A stretch of 64,000 bases of DNA from assembly GCA_963422735.1 (NCBI GenBank), contig OY730476.1:2816001-2880000 (forward strand). Reading direction: 5' to 3'. Position 1 is the first letter of the stretch. Every line of letters begins with the position of its first letter. Source of the DNA: Candidatus Latescibacterota bacterium (GTDB taxonomy: Bacteria; Latescibacterota; UBA2968; UBA8231). The position numbers and the translations under genes are program-made. The notes beneath the pieces were generated by a model, which was not told where the DNA came from, searched no databases, and was given only the letters and a program-made list of their open reading frames with translations. This document shows, in pieces, positions 19,629 to 30,351 of the stretch.

Positions 19629-20296
19629 AGCGACGCGGGCTAGTCATCGCCATTGATGGCACCATCGGTACCGGCAAAACAACCACGGCGCGGAGAGTGG
19701 CCCAGCGGCTGGGCTATCGCCACCTCGACACCGGGGCCATGTACCGAGCCGTAACCTTAGCAGCAATCCGTCGTGGGGTGAAACCTGCGGCCGCGGCCGC
19801 GCTGGAGGACCTATTGGCGACCTCGACCATAGATTTGGACTCTGGCCGGGGGCACGTCCTGCTCGACGGACAGGACATAAGCGAAGCCATTCGCCGGCCC
19901 GAGGTCACCCGCCGAGTGGGTGCGTACGCAGACCTGCCTTTGGTGCGCCACTGCTTGGTCGCCCAACAGCAGCGGTTGGGCCAGTGGGGCGGCGTAGTTG
20001 CCGAAGGACGCGACATAGCCGCGGTAGTCTTTCCCGACGCCGAGCTAAAAATCGCCTTGGTGGCCGACCTCGATGAGCGTACCCGGCGGCGGCATCGGGA
20101 ATTGACCGCCAAAGGAGTATGCATCACATTGGAGCAAGTCCGGTCCGATATCCAAACTCGAGATCGGGAGGACGCCGTGCGCGACTACGGAGGTATGAGC
20201 GCAACGGCCGAGATCGTCGAGATCGACACGACGCGCATGACTTTGGAAGACCAAGTCGATTGCGTCGTCGCATTGGCCCGCCAACGCGGAGTCTAA
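19625..20296 (+). CDS. cmk: Cytidylate kinase
   Basis: IAIDG..GTGKTT, LDTGAMYRA, EGRDI..VVFPDA; sits upstream of rpsA. Confidence 0.92.
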   Translation: MKRRGLVIAIDGTIGTGKTTTARRVAQRLGYRHLDTGAMYRAVTLAAIRRGVKPAAAAALEDLLATSTIDLDSGRGHVLLDGQDISEAIRRPEVTRRVGAYADLPLVRHCLVAQQQRLGQWGGVVAEGRDIAAVVFPDAELKIALVADLDERTRRRHRELTAKGVCITLEQVRSDIQTRDREDAVRDYGGMSATAEIVEIDTTRMTLEDQVDCVVALARQRGV

Positions 20297-20388
20297 GTAA
20301 TATCTAACGCTGGCGCGGAAAGGCCGCGCCGGTATCACACCACGCGAAGTGTGTGCTTCGTTTTAACCTTTTTGAGGCTCTGTGCAAC

Positions 20389-22191
20389 ATGACTGAGGAA
20401 ACCACAGTAACAGAAGAGCAACAAGAAGCTCCTGTGTACGGCAACGTCAGCGTCGAGGAGCTGGAAAAGCCCGAGTACGACCAAGCCCAATTCGACGAAT
20501 TCATGGCCCTCTACGAGGAGAGCATCTCCGGCATCAAAGAGGGCCAGATCGTCAAAGGCACGGTCGTCTCAATCGGCCCCAGTGAGGTGATGGTAGATAT
20601 CGGCTTCAAGTCCGAAGGTGCGGTGTCGGTCAAGGAGTTTTCCGACCCCGAGTCCATTGAAAAAGGCCAAAAAATCGAGGTCTTCTTGGAGAACGTAGAA
20701 GACCAAGAGGGCCAAGTCGTGCTCTCCAAGCAGAAGGCCGACTTCATGCGGGTCTGGGATTTGATCAAGGATGCCCACGACACGGGCAACACCGTCGAAG
20801 GCCGGCTGATGCGGCGCATCAAGGGCGGCATCGTCGTCAATCTCTTCGGCGTCGAGGCCTTTCTGCCCGGCTCGCAGATCGACATCCGCCAAGTCAAGAA
20901 CTTCGACCAGTTCATCGGCCACCAGTTCCCCTTCAAGATCATCAAGCTCAACAAAGCGCGGCGCAACATCGTCGTCTCGCGCCGCGCCGTGTTAGAGGAA
21001 GAGCGCGCGAGGATGCGCGAGGATCTCGTCAAGGTGTTGGAGGAAGGCCAGACCCGCGAGGGCGTCGTCAAGAACATCACCGACTTCGGCGCCTTCATCG
21101 ACTTGGGCGGTGTCGATGGCCTCCTTCACATCACCGACATGTCTTGGGGGCGCGTCAACCACCCCTCGGAGTTGGTCTCCATCGGAGACCGCATCAAGGT
21201 GAAGGTGCTCAGCTACGATCGCAAGCGCGAGCGCATCTCCTTGGGACTGAAGCAGCTAACCCCCCATCCGTGGGAGAACATTGAGAAGAAGTACCCGATT
21301 GAGAGCCAAGTTCGCGGCAAGGTGGTCTCCATCACCGACTACGGCGCCTTCGTCGAGCTGGAGGAGGGCATCGAGGGCCTAGTCCACATCTCCGAGATGT
21401 CTTGGACCCAGCACGTGCGCCATCCTTCCAAGCTGGTCAACATCGGCGACATCGTCGAGGTGAAGGTGCTCAAGATCGACAGCGAAAACCAGAAGATCTC
21501 ACTCGGCATGAAGCAAACCGAGGACGATCCGTGGGATACCCTCGACGCCAAGTATCCCCCCGGCACCAAGATCGAAGGCACAGTGTGCAGCCTGACCAAC
21601 TTCGGGGCCTTCGTCGAAATCGAGGAAAACATCGACGGGCTAGTCCACATTTCGGATATGTCTTGGACCAAGCGCATTCGCCAAGCCAGCGAAATGTTCA
21701 AAAAGGGCGACGTGATTCCCGTGGTCGTCTCCGAAATCGACATCAAGCGCCGCCGCATCTCGCTCAGCCACAAGGATGCCTTTGAAAACCCCTGGCCTCG
21801 CTTCGCCGAGCAGTTCGCGGTGGGTGTCGAGAGCCGGGGCACGATCTCGCGGATCCTCGAGCGCGGCGTCGTCGTCTTGCTCGTCGATGAAGTCGATGGG
21901 TTCGTGCCGCTGTCGCATTTGGCCATCGACGGGTTGCAGAGCCCGCGCCAGAGCTTTGCCGAAGGGCGGGAGCTTCCACTAGAGGTCATCGAGTTCGACA
22001 AGAACCAGAAAAAGATCGTGCTCAGCGTACGCGAGTACTTCAAGGACAAAGACCAAGCCGAGTACGAAGCCTACTTAGCCGAGCATCCCGTTCAAGAGGT
22101 CGCTGTCGAGGTCGCCGCCGAGGTCGCCGCCGACAAGGACGACGAAATGGAGAGCTGGGGAGACGCCCACGACGAGCAAGACGCGTCGTAA
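20389..22191 (+). CDS. rpsA: 30S ribosomal protein S1
   Basis: Repeated S1 domains (FGAFIDLGGVDGLLHITDMSW; YGAFVELEEGIEGLVHISEMSW). Confidence 0.97.
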   Translation: MTEETTVTEEQQEAPVYGNVSVEELEKPEYDQAQFDEFMALYEESISGIKEGQIVKGTVVSIGPSEVMVDIGFKSEGAVSVKEFSDPESIEKGQKIEVFLENVEDQEGQVVLSKQKADFMRVWDLIKDAHDTGNTVEGRLMRRIKGGIVVNLFGVEAFLPGSQIDIRQVKNFDQFIGHQFPFKIIKLNKARRNIVVSRRAVLEEERARMREDLVKVLEEGQTREGVVKNITDFGAFIDLGGVDGLLHITDMSWGRVNHPSELVSIGDRIKVKVLSYDRKRERISLGLKQLTPHPWENIEKKYPIESQVRGKVVSITDYGAFVELEEGIEGLVHISEMSWTQHVRHPSKLVNIGDIVEVKVLKIDSENQKISLGMKQTEDDPWDTLDAKYPPGTKIEGTVCSLTNFGAFVEIEENIDGLVHISDMSWTKRIRQASEMFKKGDVIPVVVSEIDIKRRRISLSHKDAFENPWPRFAEQFAVGVESRGTISRILERGVVVLLVDEVDGFVPLSHLAIDGLQSPRQSFAEGRELPLEVIEFDKNQKKIVLSVREYFKDKDQAEYEAYLAEHPVQEVAVEVAAEVAADKDDEMESWGDAHDEQDAS

Positions 22192-22211
22192 GCCCCGCAG
22201 CAACAACCAAG

Positions 22212-22252
22212 CGCGGTGGGACGAAAGATCGTTCCGCCGCGTTTTTATTTTT
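22212..22252 (+). terminator. Intrinsic terminator after rpsA
   Basis: CGCGGTGGGACGA / TCGTTCCGCCGCG stem followed by TTTTTATTTTT. Confidence 0.8.
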
Positions 22253-22283
22253 GCCAACCCCAACCCACGAACCCGCCCACACC

Positions 22284-24905
22284 ATGCCATCGAGAACCAA
22301 ACTCACTCCGGCGATGGAGCAGTATATGCACTTTAAGCGTCAGCACCCCGACGCGATTCTCTTCTTCCGCATGGGCGACTTCTACGAGATGTTCTGCGAC
22401 GACGCCAAAGAGGCTGCCCGCTTGCTGGGCCTCACCCTGACCTCGCGCCCGGCCGGCAAATCCGGCGACCTGCCCCTTGCCGGCGTACCCCATCACGCCA
22501 TGGAAGGCTATCTGGCCAAACTCATCCAGCTCGGGCGCAAGGTCGCCATCTGCGAGCAGGTCGAAGATCCCAAAAAGGCCAAGGGCGTGGTCAAGCGCGA
22601 CGTAGTCGAGGTCGTCTCCCCGGGTACGGCACTCTCCGACACCATGCTCGACCAACAGCGCAACAACTTTCTCGTCGGCCTCTGCGCTCACTCCGACCAC
22701 GTCGGCCTCGCCAGCGTCGATTTGTCAACCGGGGACTTCGCGCTCGACGAGATCCCCAGCGGCGACCTCGCCGATGAGTTGGAGAGCCTAGGACCGGCCG
22801 AGCTGCTCATCGCCGAAGGTGCCGACGAACAGTGGGTCGCCACCCTGCAAGACGCCCTGCCGCACGTGGCGCTCAGCCGCCTCGCGGACTGGCACTTCGC
22901 CGCCGATACTGCGTACGAAACCCTCACCAGCCAGCTCCGAGTCCAGACGTTGAAAGGCTTTGGTTGCGAGGACATGGAGGCTGCCATCCGCGCCGGCGGG
23001 GCGACAGTGGCCTATTTGCGCGACAACCAACGCGGTGCGGTCGAGCATATCAACCGCCTCCAGCGCAAGCACCGCGAGCACTTTGCCCTCATTGACGCCA
23101 CGGCCCAGCGCAACCTAGAACTCCTCGCCAATCGCCAAGACGGGAGCCGCGCCAACACCTTACTCGAAATCCTCGACCGCACCCGCACTCCCATGGGTGC
23201 GCGTCTGTTGCGCCAATGGGTGGCCCAGCCACTCAAGGCCCCGCCCTTAATCATCGCCCGCTTAGAAGCCGTTGACGATCTCCTACACCAACGAGAAATC
23301 CGCCGTACCCTCGGCCAATGCCTAGAACAAGTCGGCGACCTAGAGCGGCTGATCGCGCGGATCTGCTGTCTGCGGGCCAACGCACGCGACATGGTGGCCC
23401 TCGCCCGCTCGCTCAACGTCGCGCCTGCCATTGGCACCGCGCTATCCTCGGCACAGAGCGCACTTCTGCAAGAATTATGCTCCAAGGGGCTACCCGACGT
23501 CAGAGCGTTGGTCTCCGAAATCCTCGGTGCCCTAGTCGACGCGCCCCCAGCGACTCTGACCGACGGCGGCCTAATCCGCGACAGCTACCACCCGGATGTT
23601 GATGATCTGCGGCAGATCGCCCGCGGCGGCAAGGACTACATCGCTCGCTTGCAGGCCACCGAGCGCGAGCGCACCGGCATTGCCTCGCTCAAGATCGGCT
23701 ACAACCAAGTCTTTGGTTACTACATTGAAATCAGCAAGGCCAACCTCGACAAAACCCCCGCCGAGTACCATCGCAAACAGACCTTGACCAACGCCGAGCG
23801 CTTCATCACGCCCGAGCTAAAGGAGTACGAGGAAAAGGTTCTGGGGGCCGAGGACCGCCTCAAAGAGCTGGAGAACGAATTGTTCTTAGCTCTGCGCGCC
23901 CGCGCCGCCGGCTGGACACCCCAAGTCCAACAGATCGCCCGCGCCATCGCACGCATCGACGTGCTGTATTCCCTCGCCGAAGTCGCCGAGAGTGAATCGT
24001 ACACCCGACCCCAAGTTGATGACGGCCAGCTAATCGAAATCCGCGACGGCCGCCATCCGGTCGTCGCGCGCCAGATCCGCACGGGCAGCTTCGTGCCCAA
24101 CGATGTGCGCCTCGACGCCAACGGGGCGCAGATCATGCTCATCACCGGCCCGAATATGGCCGGCAAGAGCACCATCATCCGCCAAGTGGGTCTCATCGCG
24201 CTGATGGCGCAGATGGGCAGCTTCGTCCCCGTGCGCCAAGCCACCATCGGCGTCGTCGATCGCATCTTCACCCGCGTGGGCGCGTCCGACAACCTCGCCG
24301 GTGGCGAGAGCACCTTCATGGTAGAGATGCACGAGGCAGCCAATATCCTCAACAACGCCACCAGCCGCAGCTTGCTCCTCATAGACGAGCTTGGCCGCGG
24401 CACTAGCACCTTCGACGGCCTGAGCATTGCCTGGGCCATTGTCGAATACTTGCACCAGCACCGCGAGGTCCACCCGCGCACCCTCTTTGCCACGCACTAC
24501 CACGAGATGACCGAACTCGAAAGCCACCTAGAGCGGGTCGTCAACTTCAACGTTCAGGTGCGCGAAGAGGGCGACCGCGTAGTGTTCCTCCACCGCCTAG
24601 CCCCGGGGTCTGCCGACCAAAGCTATGGTATCAACGTCGCGCAGATGGCCGGGATGCCGACCCAAGTTGTCGTGCGCGCCCAAGAGATTCTCGCCCGCCT
24701 CGAAAAGGACCAGATCGACACCACGGACATCCACCGCCCGGACGCGCCCTCGCCGGTTCCTCGACCTCAGCTCGATCTCTTCCCCGCGCCTGCGGACGCG
24801 CCGTGGGTGGCGGAGTTGCGGAGCATGGACCTCAGCCAGATTACGCCGCTTCAGGCGTTGCTCAAGCTGAACGAATGGAAAGAGAAGATGGAGCGTGGAG
24901 AGTGA
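22284..24905 (+). CDS. mutS: DNA mismatch repair protein MutS
   Basis: FRMGDFYEMF, ITGPNMAGKST, GESTFMVEM, DELGRGTST, FATHYHE. Confidence 0.97.
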   Translation: MPSRTKLTPAMEQYMHFKRQHPDAILFFRMGDFYEMFCDDAKEAARLLGLTLTSRPAGKSGDLPLAGVPHHAMEGYLAKLIQLGRKVAICEQVEDPKKAKGVVKRDVVEVVSPGTALSDTMLDQQRNNFLVGLCAHSDHVGLASVDLSTGDFALDEIPSGDLADELESLGPAELLIAEGADEQWVATLQDALPHVALSRLADWHFAADTAYETLTSQLRVQTLKGFGCEDMEAAIRAGGATVAYLRDNQRGAVEHINRLQRKHREHFALIDATAQRNLELLANRQDGSRANTLLEILDRTRTPMGARLLRQWVAQPLKAPPLIIARLEAVDDLLHQREIRRTLGQCLEQVGDLERLIARICCLRANARDMVALARSLNVAPAIGTALSSAQSALLQELCSKGLPDVRALVSEILGALVDAPPATLTDGGLIRDSYHPDVDDLRQIARGGKDYIARLQATERERTGIASLKIGYNQVFGYYIEISKANLDKTPAEYHRKQTLTNAERFITPELKEYEEKVLGAEDRLKELENELFLALRARAAGWTPQVQQIARAIARIDVLYSLAEVAESESYTRPQVDDGQLIEIRDGRHPVVARQIRTGSFVPNDVRLDANGAQIMLITGPNMAGKSTIIRQVGLIALMAQMGSFVPVRQATIGVVDRIFTRVGASDNLAGGESTFMVEMHEAANILNNATSRSLLLIDELGRGTSTFDGLSIAWAIVEYLHQHREVHPRTLFATHYHEMTELESHLERVVNFNVQVREEGDRVVFLHRLAPGSADQSYGINVAQMAGMPTQVVVRAQEILARLEKDQIDTTDIHRPDAPSPVPRPQLDLFPAPADAPWVAELRSMDLSQITPLQALLKLNEWKEKMERGE

Positions 24906-24985
24906 TGAAGACGGCTGCCTTGGCCCAGCTAGCTGGAAGAGAGAACGCGATGATCTGGTTTGTCAAGAAGTGATTCTCACGCAGA

Positions 24986-25265
24986 GTGAACCCGCCATCA
25001 AAAGCTAAAAGCGCACCGGCGGACGAGACGGCGACAGACAATGCTAGCCCAACGCCCAGTGAGCAATCGACACCCAGCGAACCGACTGCCAAGCCGGCGG
25101 TACCTGCCCCAGACGAGATCGAAATTCAGCACCGCTTCAACGAACGCCAACGGGAGCTTCTGGATTACCGGGCGAAGTCCATTAACTGGTGGATCACCGC
25201 CACAGCTATATTCCTTATGTCTCTTGGCGTTATCGGAACCATCATTGGTTACATAGGCTTCAGCA
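24986..25265 (+). pseudogene. N-terminal fragment of a membrane-anchored protein
   Basis: Low-complexity N-terminus, coiled RFNERQRELLD and one TM helix (WWITATAIFLMSLGVIGTIIGYIGF); the rest of the ORF does not look protein-like. Confidence 0.35.
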
Positions 25266-25801
25266 GCACTTCATGCATGATCCATTCTGAACGCTGTCCT
25301 CGCGCTTCCCTACACCTTCGTGATGCCCGACACGTACGGCTGCGGCTTTCCGGGAGCGACAAGAAAATGCTCGCGACAGCGGGCTGGAGGTACGCGAACT
25401 GCCGGGGGCAGCCGCAACCCGAGCAGCGGCGCATTTCAACCAGCACAAACGCCTTACGCTCAATGACTGCTTCGCGCTCGCGCTCGCGCAAGACATCTGC
25501 TCACCGGCGACGATCTCCGAACGAAACGGAATCGAGTATGGGTAACAGATGAGTCGCATCCCCGCGCAAACTGTACGACGCGCTGCGGCTTGCACAATGC
25601 CCTCTGGTGTTTCTGCCAGACGACGAAATTCTGCGCCGCATTAGGCGTATAGCGAGGCTTCTTTAGGAAAATTTTTCAATTGGACGCATACTAAACGTAC
25701 AATCAGCCGCCTCGATATTTACAATTAGCCGATAGCCGATCTCAGAGATCTGATTGTACCCACGCTTTGCCAACGCAGATCGACCTGCTTCCAGTGCCTT
25801 C

Positions 25802-26545
25802 ATGTCCGATAAACAGACACCCGACGACCTGATTTGGGGTCGCCACCCCGTGCTCGAAGCCCTGCGCGCCGAGCACCCCTTGCGCCGCCTGCTCGTCGCC
25901 AAGGGCGCACACGGCCCCGTCATCGACGAAATTTTCGCCCGTGCGCGGCAGGCCCACATTCCCTATGATCTGCGCGACAAGGCACAGCTCGACCGCCTCG
26001 CCGGCCCCCGCCACCAAAGCGTCGTCGCTTACGCGGCGGCCGCGCCGTACGCAGACTTTGACCACGTGCTTGCCCACCTGCCGACCTCGGCCCTGCTCCT
26101 CTTTCTCGACCAAGTACAGGATCCCCACAACCTCGGCGCCATCATCCGCAGCGCCCATGCGCTCGGTGCTCAGGGCGTAGTCGTACCAGCCCGCGAAGCT
26201 GCCGGCCTCTCTCCAGCCGCGCTCAAGGCCGCAGCCGGTGCGGCCCAGCACCTGTCCGTCTGCCGAGTTGACAACCTGCAAAAGGCCCTACAAAAAGCCG
26301 CGGCCTGTGGGCTTTTCATCGCCGGACTCGACGCCCGAGGCGAACAGCCCTTGACGGCCGCGGACTTTGCCCAATCCTGCGCCCTAGTCATTGGCAGCGA
26401 GGGCAAGGGGCTGCGGCGCATGGTGCAGAAGCGCTGCGACGCACTCTTGCACATCCCCATGCAGCGCGAAGCCATCGGCTCGCTCAACGCCTCTGTGGCC
26501 GCCGGCATCGCCCTGTACGAAGTACTGCGCCAGCGCCAGTCATGA
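25802..26545 (+). CDS. rlmB: 23S rRNA 2'-O-methyltransferase (RlmB/TrmH family)
   Basis: WGRHPVLEAL, QDPHNLGAIIRSA, GSEGKG, SLNASVAAG. Confidence 0.9.
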   Translation: MSDKQTPDDLIWGRHPVLEALRAEHPLRRLLVAKGAHGPVIDEIFARARQAHIPYDLRDKAQLDRLAGPRHQSVVAYAAAAPYADFDHVLAHLPTSALLLFLDQVQDPHNLGAIIRSAHALGAQGVVVPAREAAGLSPAALKAAAGAAQHLSVCRVDNLQKALQKAAACGLFIAGLDARGEQPLTAADFAQSCALVIGSEGKGLRRMVQKRCDALLHIPMQREAIGSLNASVAAGIALYEVLRQRQS

Positions 26546-28947
26546 TCGGCCTGCTGGTCCTCTGCCTAGCTCTCGCCCATCCGCGAGGCAGCGAGGCGTC
26601 CGAGATCCAACTGCAACAGGCCCGCTCCCTGCTGACCCAAGCCAAAGGCCAAGGTTTTGCATACCAAGCCACCTATATGCACTACTACGAGATCGGCGAC
26701 TCGCTCCTGTTGCAGGGACAGGCCCGCGTCTCGCACAAGGGCGCTCAGCTAGAGGCCGCCGAAATCGTCTTCCGCCGCGCCCTTGACCAAGTCGAAGCGC
26801 GGGCGACCCTCGATTCGAGTGGGCGTGTCGTCGGCCGCCCGGTACTACGCAAAGGCGACCAAACCCTGCGCGGCGAGCGCATCCTCTACGACCTATCCAC
26901 CGAGCAAGGAACCATCCTCAAAGGCAAGATCCACCGCGATAAGGGATTTTACGCCGGACGCTTGATACAGACCCTCAGCGGCACCGAGTTCCGAGTACAC
27001 CAAGGCTCGTACACCACATGCGACGCCGACCCCCCGCACTTTGACTTCTACAGCCCGCGGATCAAGGTCTTAGCCGGCGACATGGCCGTGGCGCGCCCTG
27101 TGTATTTCCGCATCAAAGAGCGGCGGCTGTTGTGGATTCCCTTCTACGTATTCTCGCTGCGTGAAGACCGCCAGACCGGGCTTTTGACGCCGAGTTTTGG
27201 GCAACGCGCCCTTAGATTTGGGGCGCTTCAAAGCGAGTGGGAACTGCGCAACTTGGGCTACTATCTCGCGCCCAACGACTATTGGGACCTATCCCTAGCA
27301 GCCGACCTGCGGCAGCGCTCGGGCTGGCTAGGGCGCGCCCGCCTCAACTACGCCGCACGCTACCGATTTAGAGGGCACGTCAGCACCCAGTTCGAAAACC
27401 GCCAAGAGGGCCGCACGGCCGCGCACAACTGGCGGCTGGAACTCAGGCACAGCCAAGAGCTAGGCCGCGACGCGAGCTTGCGGGCCAACGGCACCTTCCA
27501 GAGCAACAACAGCTTTGCCCAAGACAATAGCGCGAGTCTCCAAGACCGCCTCAACCGCACCCTGCGCTCCAACCTCAGCTACTCTCGGCGGTGGCGCGGC
27601 TCGGGCAACAGCTTCGGCCTGAAAGCAAGCCAAACCAAAAATCTCGACACCGAGACGTTCTCCACCATTCTGCCCGAACTCAGTCTGCGCAAAAGCCGCA
27701 AGCCGATTTGGGGCCGAGCGGGCCAAAGCCGTCAAAGCCGCCAAAACCTCCCCTGGTACAGTCGCATGTACTACGACGGCAACGCCAGCCTGCGCAACAC
27801 TCGGCGCGGTACTCGCACGGACACGACCAGCCAAACCAGCGCTCAAGTAAGCTGGCGCGTCAGCGCGCAGTACCGTCCCTTCTCTTGGTTCAATTTTAGC
27901 CCGGCACTCAACCAAGACTGGCGCGACCAAGATCTGCGCGAGAGCGCAACCCGCAGTCGGCGCAGCGACCGCTTCTCGACCCGCGCGGCCCTGAGCCAGA
28001 CCTTCTACGGGCTTTTCAACCCGTCCATCGGCCCGCTTCAAGCCCTGCGCCACGTGCTCAAACCCAGCATCTCGTTCAACTATCAAGCCTCCCGCGCCGA
28101 CACCGGCGGCGTCTTGGGCTTTGGCGGCGACGGCAGCCGGCTCCAACACCGGCGGACATTGAACTTGCGCCTCGACAACACCTTCTGGGCCAAAATCCTG
28201 CGCGAAGAAGAAGAGCAGAAAGTGCGACTAGTCCAGCTCAATTTCTCTACGGCCTATAAATTTGAGCAAAAGGAAAAGCGGCTAGACGACCTGCAAACGA
28301 CCCTAAGCGTCGAGGCAGGTCGCTACCTGAATTCGCGACTGACTTTGCGCCACAGGTTCTACGACGAGCAGAATCAACTGCATCTATTGGCACCGCGCCG
28401 CAGGCAGCTTGAAGTGCGGACCTCAGCTAGCTGGTCGCGGCGGTCGGGGAAGGCGCGCTCGGACGCCGCCTCCAGCCGCTACGGACAGGGTGATTTTGAC
28501 GCCTCCAGTCGCTACGGACAAAGCAGCTTCGGCACCGCCAGTCCCTACAGCCGAGAATCCTTCGGCTTTGAAAGCGGCCTCATGCACGACATCGACAACC
28601 GCCGTCGCGGCAGCCGCTTCCAGCTCAGCCACTACTTCTCGCACCGCCGCGCCACGACTACTAGCACCATTCGCTCTTGGGTACGGGCTGCGGCCGGCTT
28701 TAACTTGGGGTCGCGCTGGCATTGCAATTATTCGCTCAACTACAATCTACGTGCCCCGAGGACGCGGCTGTTGGCCATCAAGCGCATCACTTACGAACTG
28801 TTGTCCCTGCAAAAGGAATTCCACGACTGGACCGCAACTTTCAACATGCAACCAAGTACCTTCTACAAAAACCGGGCGTTCTTTTTTAAGGTGCAGTTGA
28901 AAGACATTCCGCAACTCAAACTCGAGCGCGGCCAGCGAAGATTCTAA
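26542..28947 (+). CDS. lptD: LPS assembly protein LptD-like outer membrane protein
   Basis: Signal-like N-terminus, GSYTTCD..PHF, TGLLTPSFG, GYYLAPNDYWD, alternating beta-strand pattern. Confidence 0.75.
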   Translation: MIGLLVLCLALAHPRGSEASEIQLQQARSLLTQAKGQGFAYQATYMHYYEIGDSLLLQGQARVSHKGAQLEAAEIVFRRALDQVEARATLDSSGRVVGRPVLRKGDQTLRGERILYDLSTEQGTILKGKIHRDKGFYAGRLIQTLSGTEFRVHQGSYTTCDADPPHFDFYSPRIKVLAGDMAVARPVYFRIKERRLLWIPFYVFSLREDRQTGLLTPSFGQRALRFGALQSEWELRNLGYYLAPNDYWDLSLAADLRQRSGWLGRARLNYAARYRFRGHVSTQFENRQEGRTAAHNWRLELRHSQELGRDASLRANGTFQSNNSFAQDNSASLQDRLNRTLRSNLSYSRRWRGSGNSFGLKASQTKNLDTETFSTILPELSLRKSRKPIWGRAGQSRQSRQNLPWYSRMYYDGNASLRNTRRGTRTDTTSQTSAQVSWRVSAQYRPFSWFNFSPALNQDWRDQDLRESATRSRRSDRFSTRAALSQTFYGLFNPSIGPLQALRHVLKPSISFNYQASRADTGGVLGFGGDGSRLQHRRTLNLRLDNTFWAKILREEEEQKVRLVQLNFSTAYKFEQKEKRLDDLQTTLSVEAGRYLNSRLTLRHRFYDEQNQLHLLAPRRRQLEVRTSASWSRRSGKARSDAASSRYGQGDFDASSRYGQSSFGTASPYSRESFGFESGLMHDIDNRRRGSRFQLSHYFSHRRATTTSTIRSWVRAAAGFNLGSRWHCNYSLNYNLRAPRTRLLAIKRITYELLSLQKEFHDWTATFNMQPSTFYKNRAFFFKVQLKDIPQLKLERGQRRF

Positions 28948-28959
28948 GAAGCAGTGGTT

Positions 28960-28985
28960 AGCCCCCACATCGCGCCCTGGGGGCT
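28960..28985. terminator. Hairpin between convergent lptD and island operon
   Basis: AGCCCCCA / TGGGGGCT stem; no U tract. Confidence 0.3.
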
Positions 28986-29000
28986 GAGTGAGCCAACGAC

Positions 29001-29286
29001 TCAAGCGGATTGGGTGGGCGGCTCTCGTTCGAGGCGGCCGACATTGACTTCGCGGAAGGCTTCGACGATCTGAACCGGGAGTTGGTGTGGCTCGGCAATG
29101 CAAGCGGCCATCTGCCGCACCCGCTGCATAGACAGCTGCGATGGGAAGCAGTGCGCGATAGGCGGCCGTGCAGCGAGCCTGTCGCCAGCCCAATGGCGTG
29201 AGGGGATAGTCCACAAGGCGATGGGAAAACTCGCCGGTCTGATTGGCGCGGTTTTTGCCGTGGCGCGCCAGCCACACCGCGTTCAT
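29001..29286 (-). pseudogene. Histidine phosphatase (PGAM-like) remnant
   Basis: MNAVWLARHG...DYPLTPLGWRQA..AVYA, then another frame QRVRQMA..I...FREVNVG; truncated; ATGA overlap with upstream gene. Confidence 0.7.
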
Positions 29287-30347
29287 CGGTTCAGAATCTC
29301 CAAGACGTGTTCTAGCAGAGGCTGCTCCTCGGCGGCCAGTGCGTCGAGCATCTCGCTCGCCCGCGTGAGCGTGTCAGGCCGTTGATGCGTTTTCCAGCGC
29401 AACAGCACTAAGCGCAAACTGCGCGTCTTGCGCTCGATGGCACCAAAGCGCAGCCCAAGCTGCGCCGCCGGATCGAGATAGCCCCGCGCTTCCATGTACT
29501 GCAACCGCGCCTGCATACCCGTTTTGTGCTCCCACAGGATGCGCCATGAGATGTCGCGATAGGCGGCCGGGTCTTCCAGTTCGCGCCGGAGGAACACATA
29601 GACGTCCCTGCCCCAAAAGCCACCCTCTCGCGGCGCAGCCAACAGCCGGTAACGCTGCGCCGTGTCGGCGGCGAACAGATAGTCGGCCAACTGTTCGGCC
29701 ACTGCACACGGGTCGAAGGTATACCATTGGTCGGGCAAATACTTGTAGAGAAATACTCGCGGGCGATCTTCCATCGACGAAAGAAACCATGCCGGCAGGG
29801 GCCGGCCGGCTTGCGATACCTGCTGCATGTGGCCTTCGCGGGTGAACGAACACGCCCGTTCCATGACGACAAACGGTACGCGAGAGATCGCGTATCCACC
29901 CTGTTGGTCGAAGCCGGACAGCAGCAAGGTCCGTTCCTCGGTATCGTAGCCGGACACGAGCACTTCGTGGATGAAGTGATGCCGCTGATAGTGCGGTCGG
30001 TTGGGCAGATAGAAGAAATCGACATCGGTCTGGACGTAATAGCCGCGGTCAATACACGAGACGATCCATGAGATAATATCCGCGGTAGCCAGCCCTAGCA
30101 GGTGGCGGTCAACGGTCTGGACGTCGAGAAAGGGACAGGTGGAAAAGTAGAGATGGCGCACCTCATGGCGGGTGCAGAAGGGATGGGTGTAGAACTTCAG
30201 CTCTTCGCCGGGGAAATTGAACAGTTGAATGTGGGTGCTGTATAGCCACGGCAGGTAGGTATCCGCTTGGGCGAGGATGGACAGCGGGTACGCATGGAAT
30301 AGATAGGAACGGATCGGCGGCGGATGCAGGGGCAGGGTGTGCTGCAA
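29283..30347 (-). CDS. BtrH-like (papain/NlpC-P60-fold) protein, candidate ACP-dependent acyltransferase
   Basis: WIVSCIDRGYYVQTDVDFFYLP...HHFIHEVLVSGYD resembles BtrH_N-type domains; likely TTG start at 30347, right after the ACP. Confidence 0.55.
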   Translation of the reverse strand: MQHTLPLHPPPIRSYLFHAYPLSILAQADTYLPWLYSTHIQLFNFPGEELKFYTHPFCTRHEVRHLYFSTCPFLDVQTVDRHLLGLATADIISWIVSCIDRGYYVQTDVDFFYLPNRPHYQRHHFIHEVLVSGYDTEERTLLLSGFDQQGGYAISRVPFVVMERACSFTREGHMQQVSQAGRPLPAWFLSSMEDRPRVFLYKYLPDQWYTFDPCAVAEQLADYLFAADTAQRYRLLAAPREGGFWGRDVYVFLRRELEDPAAYRDISWRILWEHKTGMQARLQYMEARGYLDPAAQLGLRFGAIERKTRSLRLVLLRWKTHQRPDTLTRASEMLDALAAEEQPLLEHVLEILNR

Positions 30348-30351
30348 GGAG

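Noticed and set aside
22096-22135. 12-bp repeats at the rpsA 3' end
   Set aside because: Ordinary low-complexity EVAA tail
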